The translations under genes and the position numbers were made by a program. A stretch of 62,291 nt of DNA, filler included, from Sphacelaria rigidula (lineage: Eukaryota), in the NCBI GenBank assembly GCA_964200075.2. It is 6 parts of 6 records of this genome, joined end to end, with 100 filler letters (N's around TTAATTAATTAA, not from the genome) between each part and the next. Parts side by side here need not be neighbours in the genome. Positions count along the whole stretch, not along the records: positions 51,995 to 62,291 come from CAXNAA020006766.1; 5 more parts are not named here. One strand, written 5' to 3'. Each line of letters opens with the position of its first letter. Position 1 is the first letter of the stretch. Positions 61,942 through 62,291 of this stretch are shown here, piece after piece. Under the pieces are notes generated by a model, which saw nothing but the letters and a program-made list of their open reading frames with translations, made no database searches and was not told the DNA's origin.

Positions 61942-62291
61942 TAATTTGATTAGTCGGTTATGGATTTCGAGAGGCAATTTGATATTTTGCGATCCGCGCT
62001 ATCACGCTTTTTGACAAAGTGATTCGCCGGCTCTGGATTTTGGGTTGGACATTTTCAATCGCGGAAAAAACATGGCGTGGATTCAATCTCGAGTATACTT
62101 CCGAGAATTGAACGGTTTTTAGTCTTGGGTGTCACTAAACAACTGACTATCCACCCGCCGTTCAACATGCGGGCCTGACTATGCACCAGGATAACTCCCG
62201 ATAATTGACTCTGGGATCATCGATGTTATTTCATGTACTACCTGGAAGCAATACTCCCTGCAATTCAATATGTAATATTGAATCGGGGGGG

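Larger units (their letters stand above)
60233..62291 (+). mobile_element. putative non-autonomous LTR element (LARD/TRIM-like) lacking pol
   Basis: TGTTAATCGATT(60233)...AATTAATTACA(60525) LTR-like unit. The contig ends in GAATCGGGGGGG (PPT-like). No RT, integrase or protease motif lies in between. Confidence 0.55.

Overview
Eukaryotic, repeat-rich, intron-rich DNA, most consistent with a brown alga (Phaeophyceae, Ectocarpus-like; this is inference). The window is not one locus. It is six contigs of 10300, 10299, 10299, 10298, 10298 and 10297 bp (1-10300, 10401-20699, 20800-31098, 31199-41496, 41597-51894, 51995-62291), sorted by length and joined by 100-bp N44-TTAATTAATTAA-N44 linkers, so nothing can be inferred across the joins. 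Spliced genes rebuilt by hand from GT-AG sites and codon phase: (1) a TBC1D32/BROMI ciliary homolog with a 4-kb exon; (2) a LYPLAL1-like thioesterase with an N-terminal DYSKW motif; (3) two exons of a four-carbon acid sugar kinase (DUF1537) gene; (4) a gene with tandem SIM-like motifs and CPW-type ankyrin repeats; (5) probable PH-domain exons. Mobile DNA: an RT-deleted Ty1/copia nested in a tRNA-SINE nested in a MITE, a Ty3/gypsy 5' half, a decayed RTE-type LINE, a pol-less LTR element with an orphan ORF, tRNA-SINEs, and hAT-, piggyBac- and Harbinger-like MITEs. The best novelty candidates are a ~300-bp oligo(C)-ended retroposon-like repeat, which sits at intron acceptor tracts and in one case rebuilt a gene's stop codon, and the SIM-ankyrin gene. 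No CRISPR array, rRNA or intact tRNA was seen. All homology calls come from motif recognition, not database searches.
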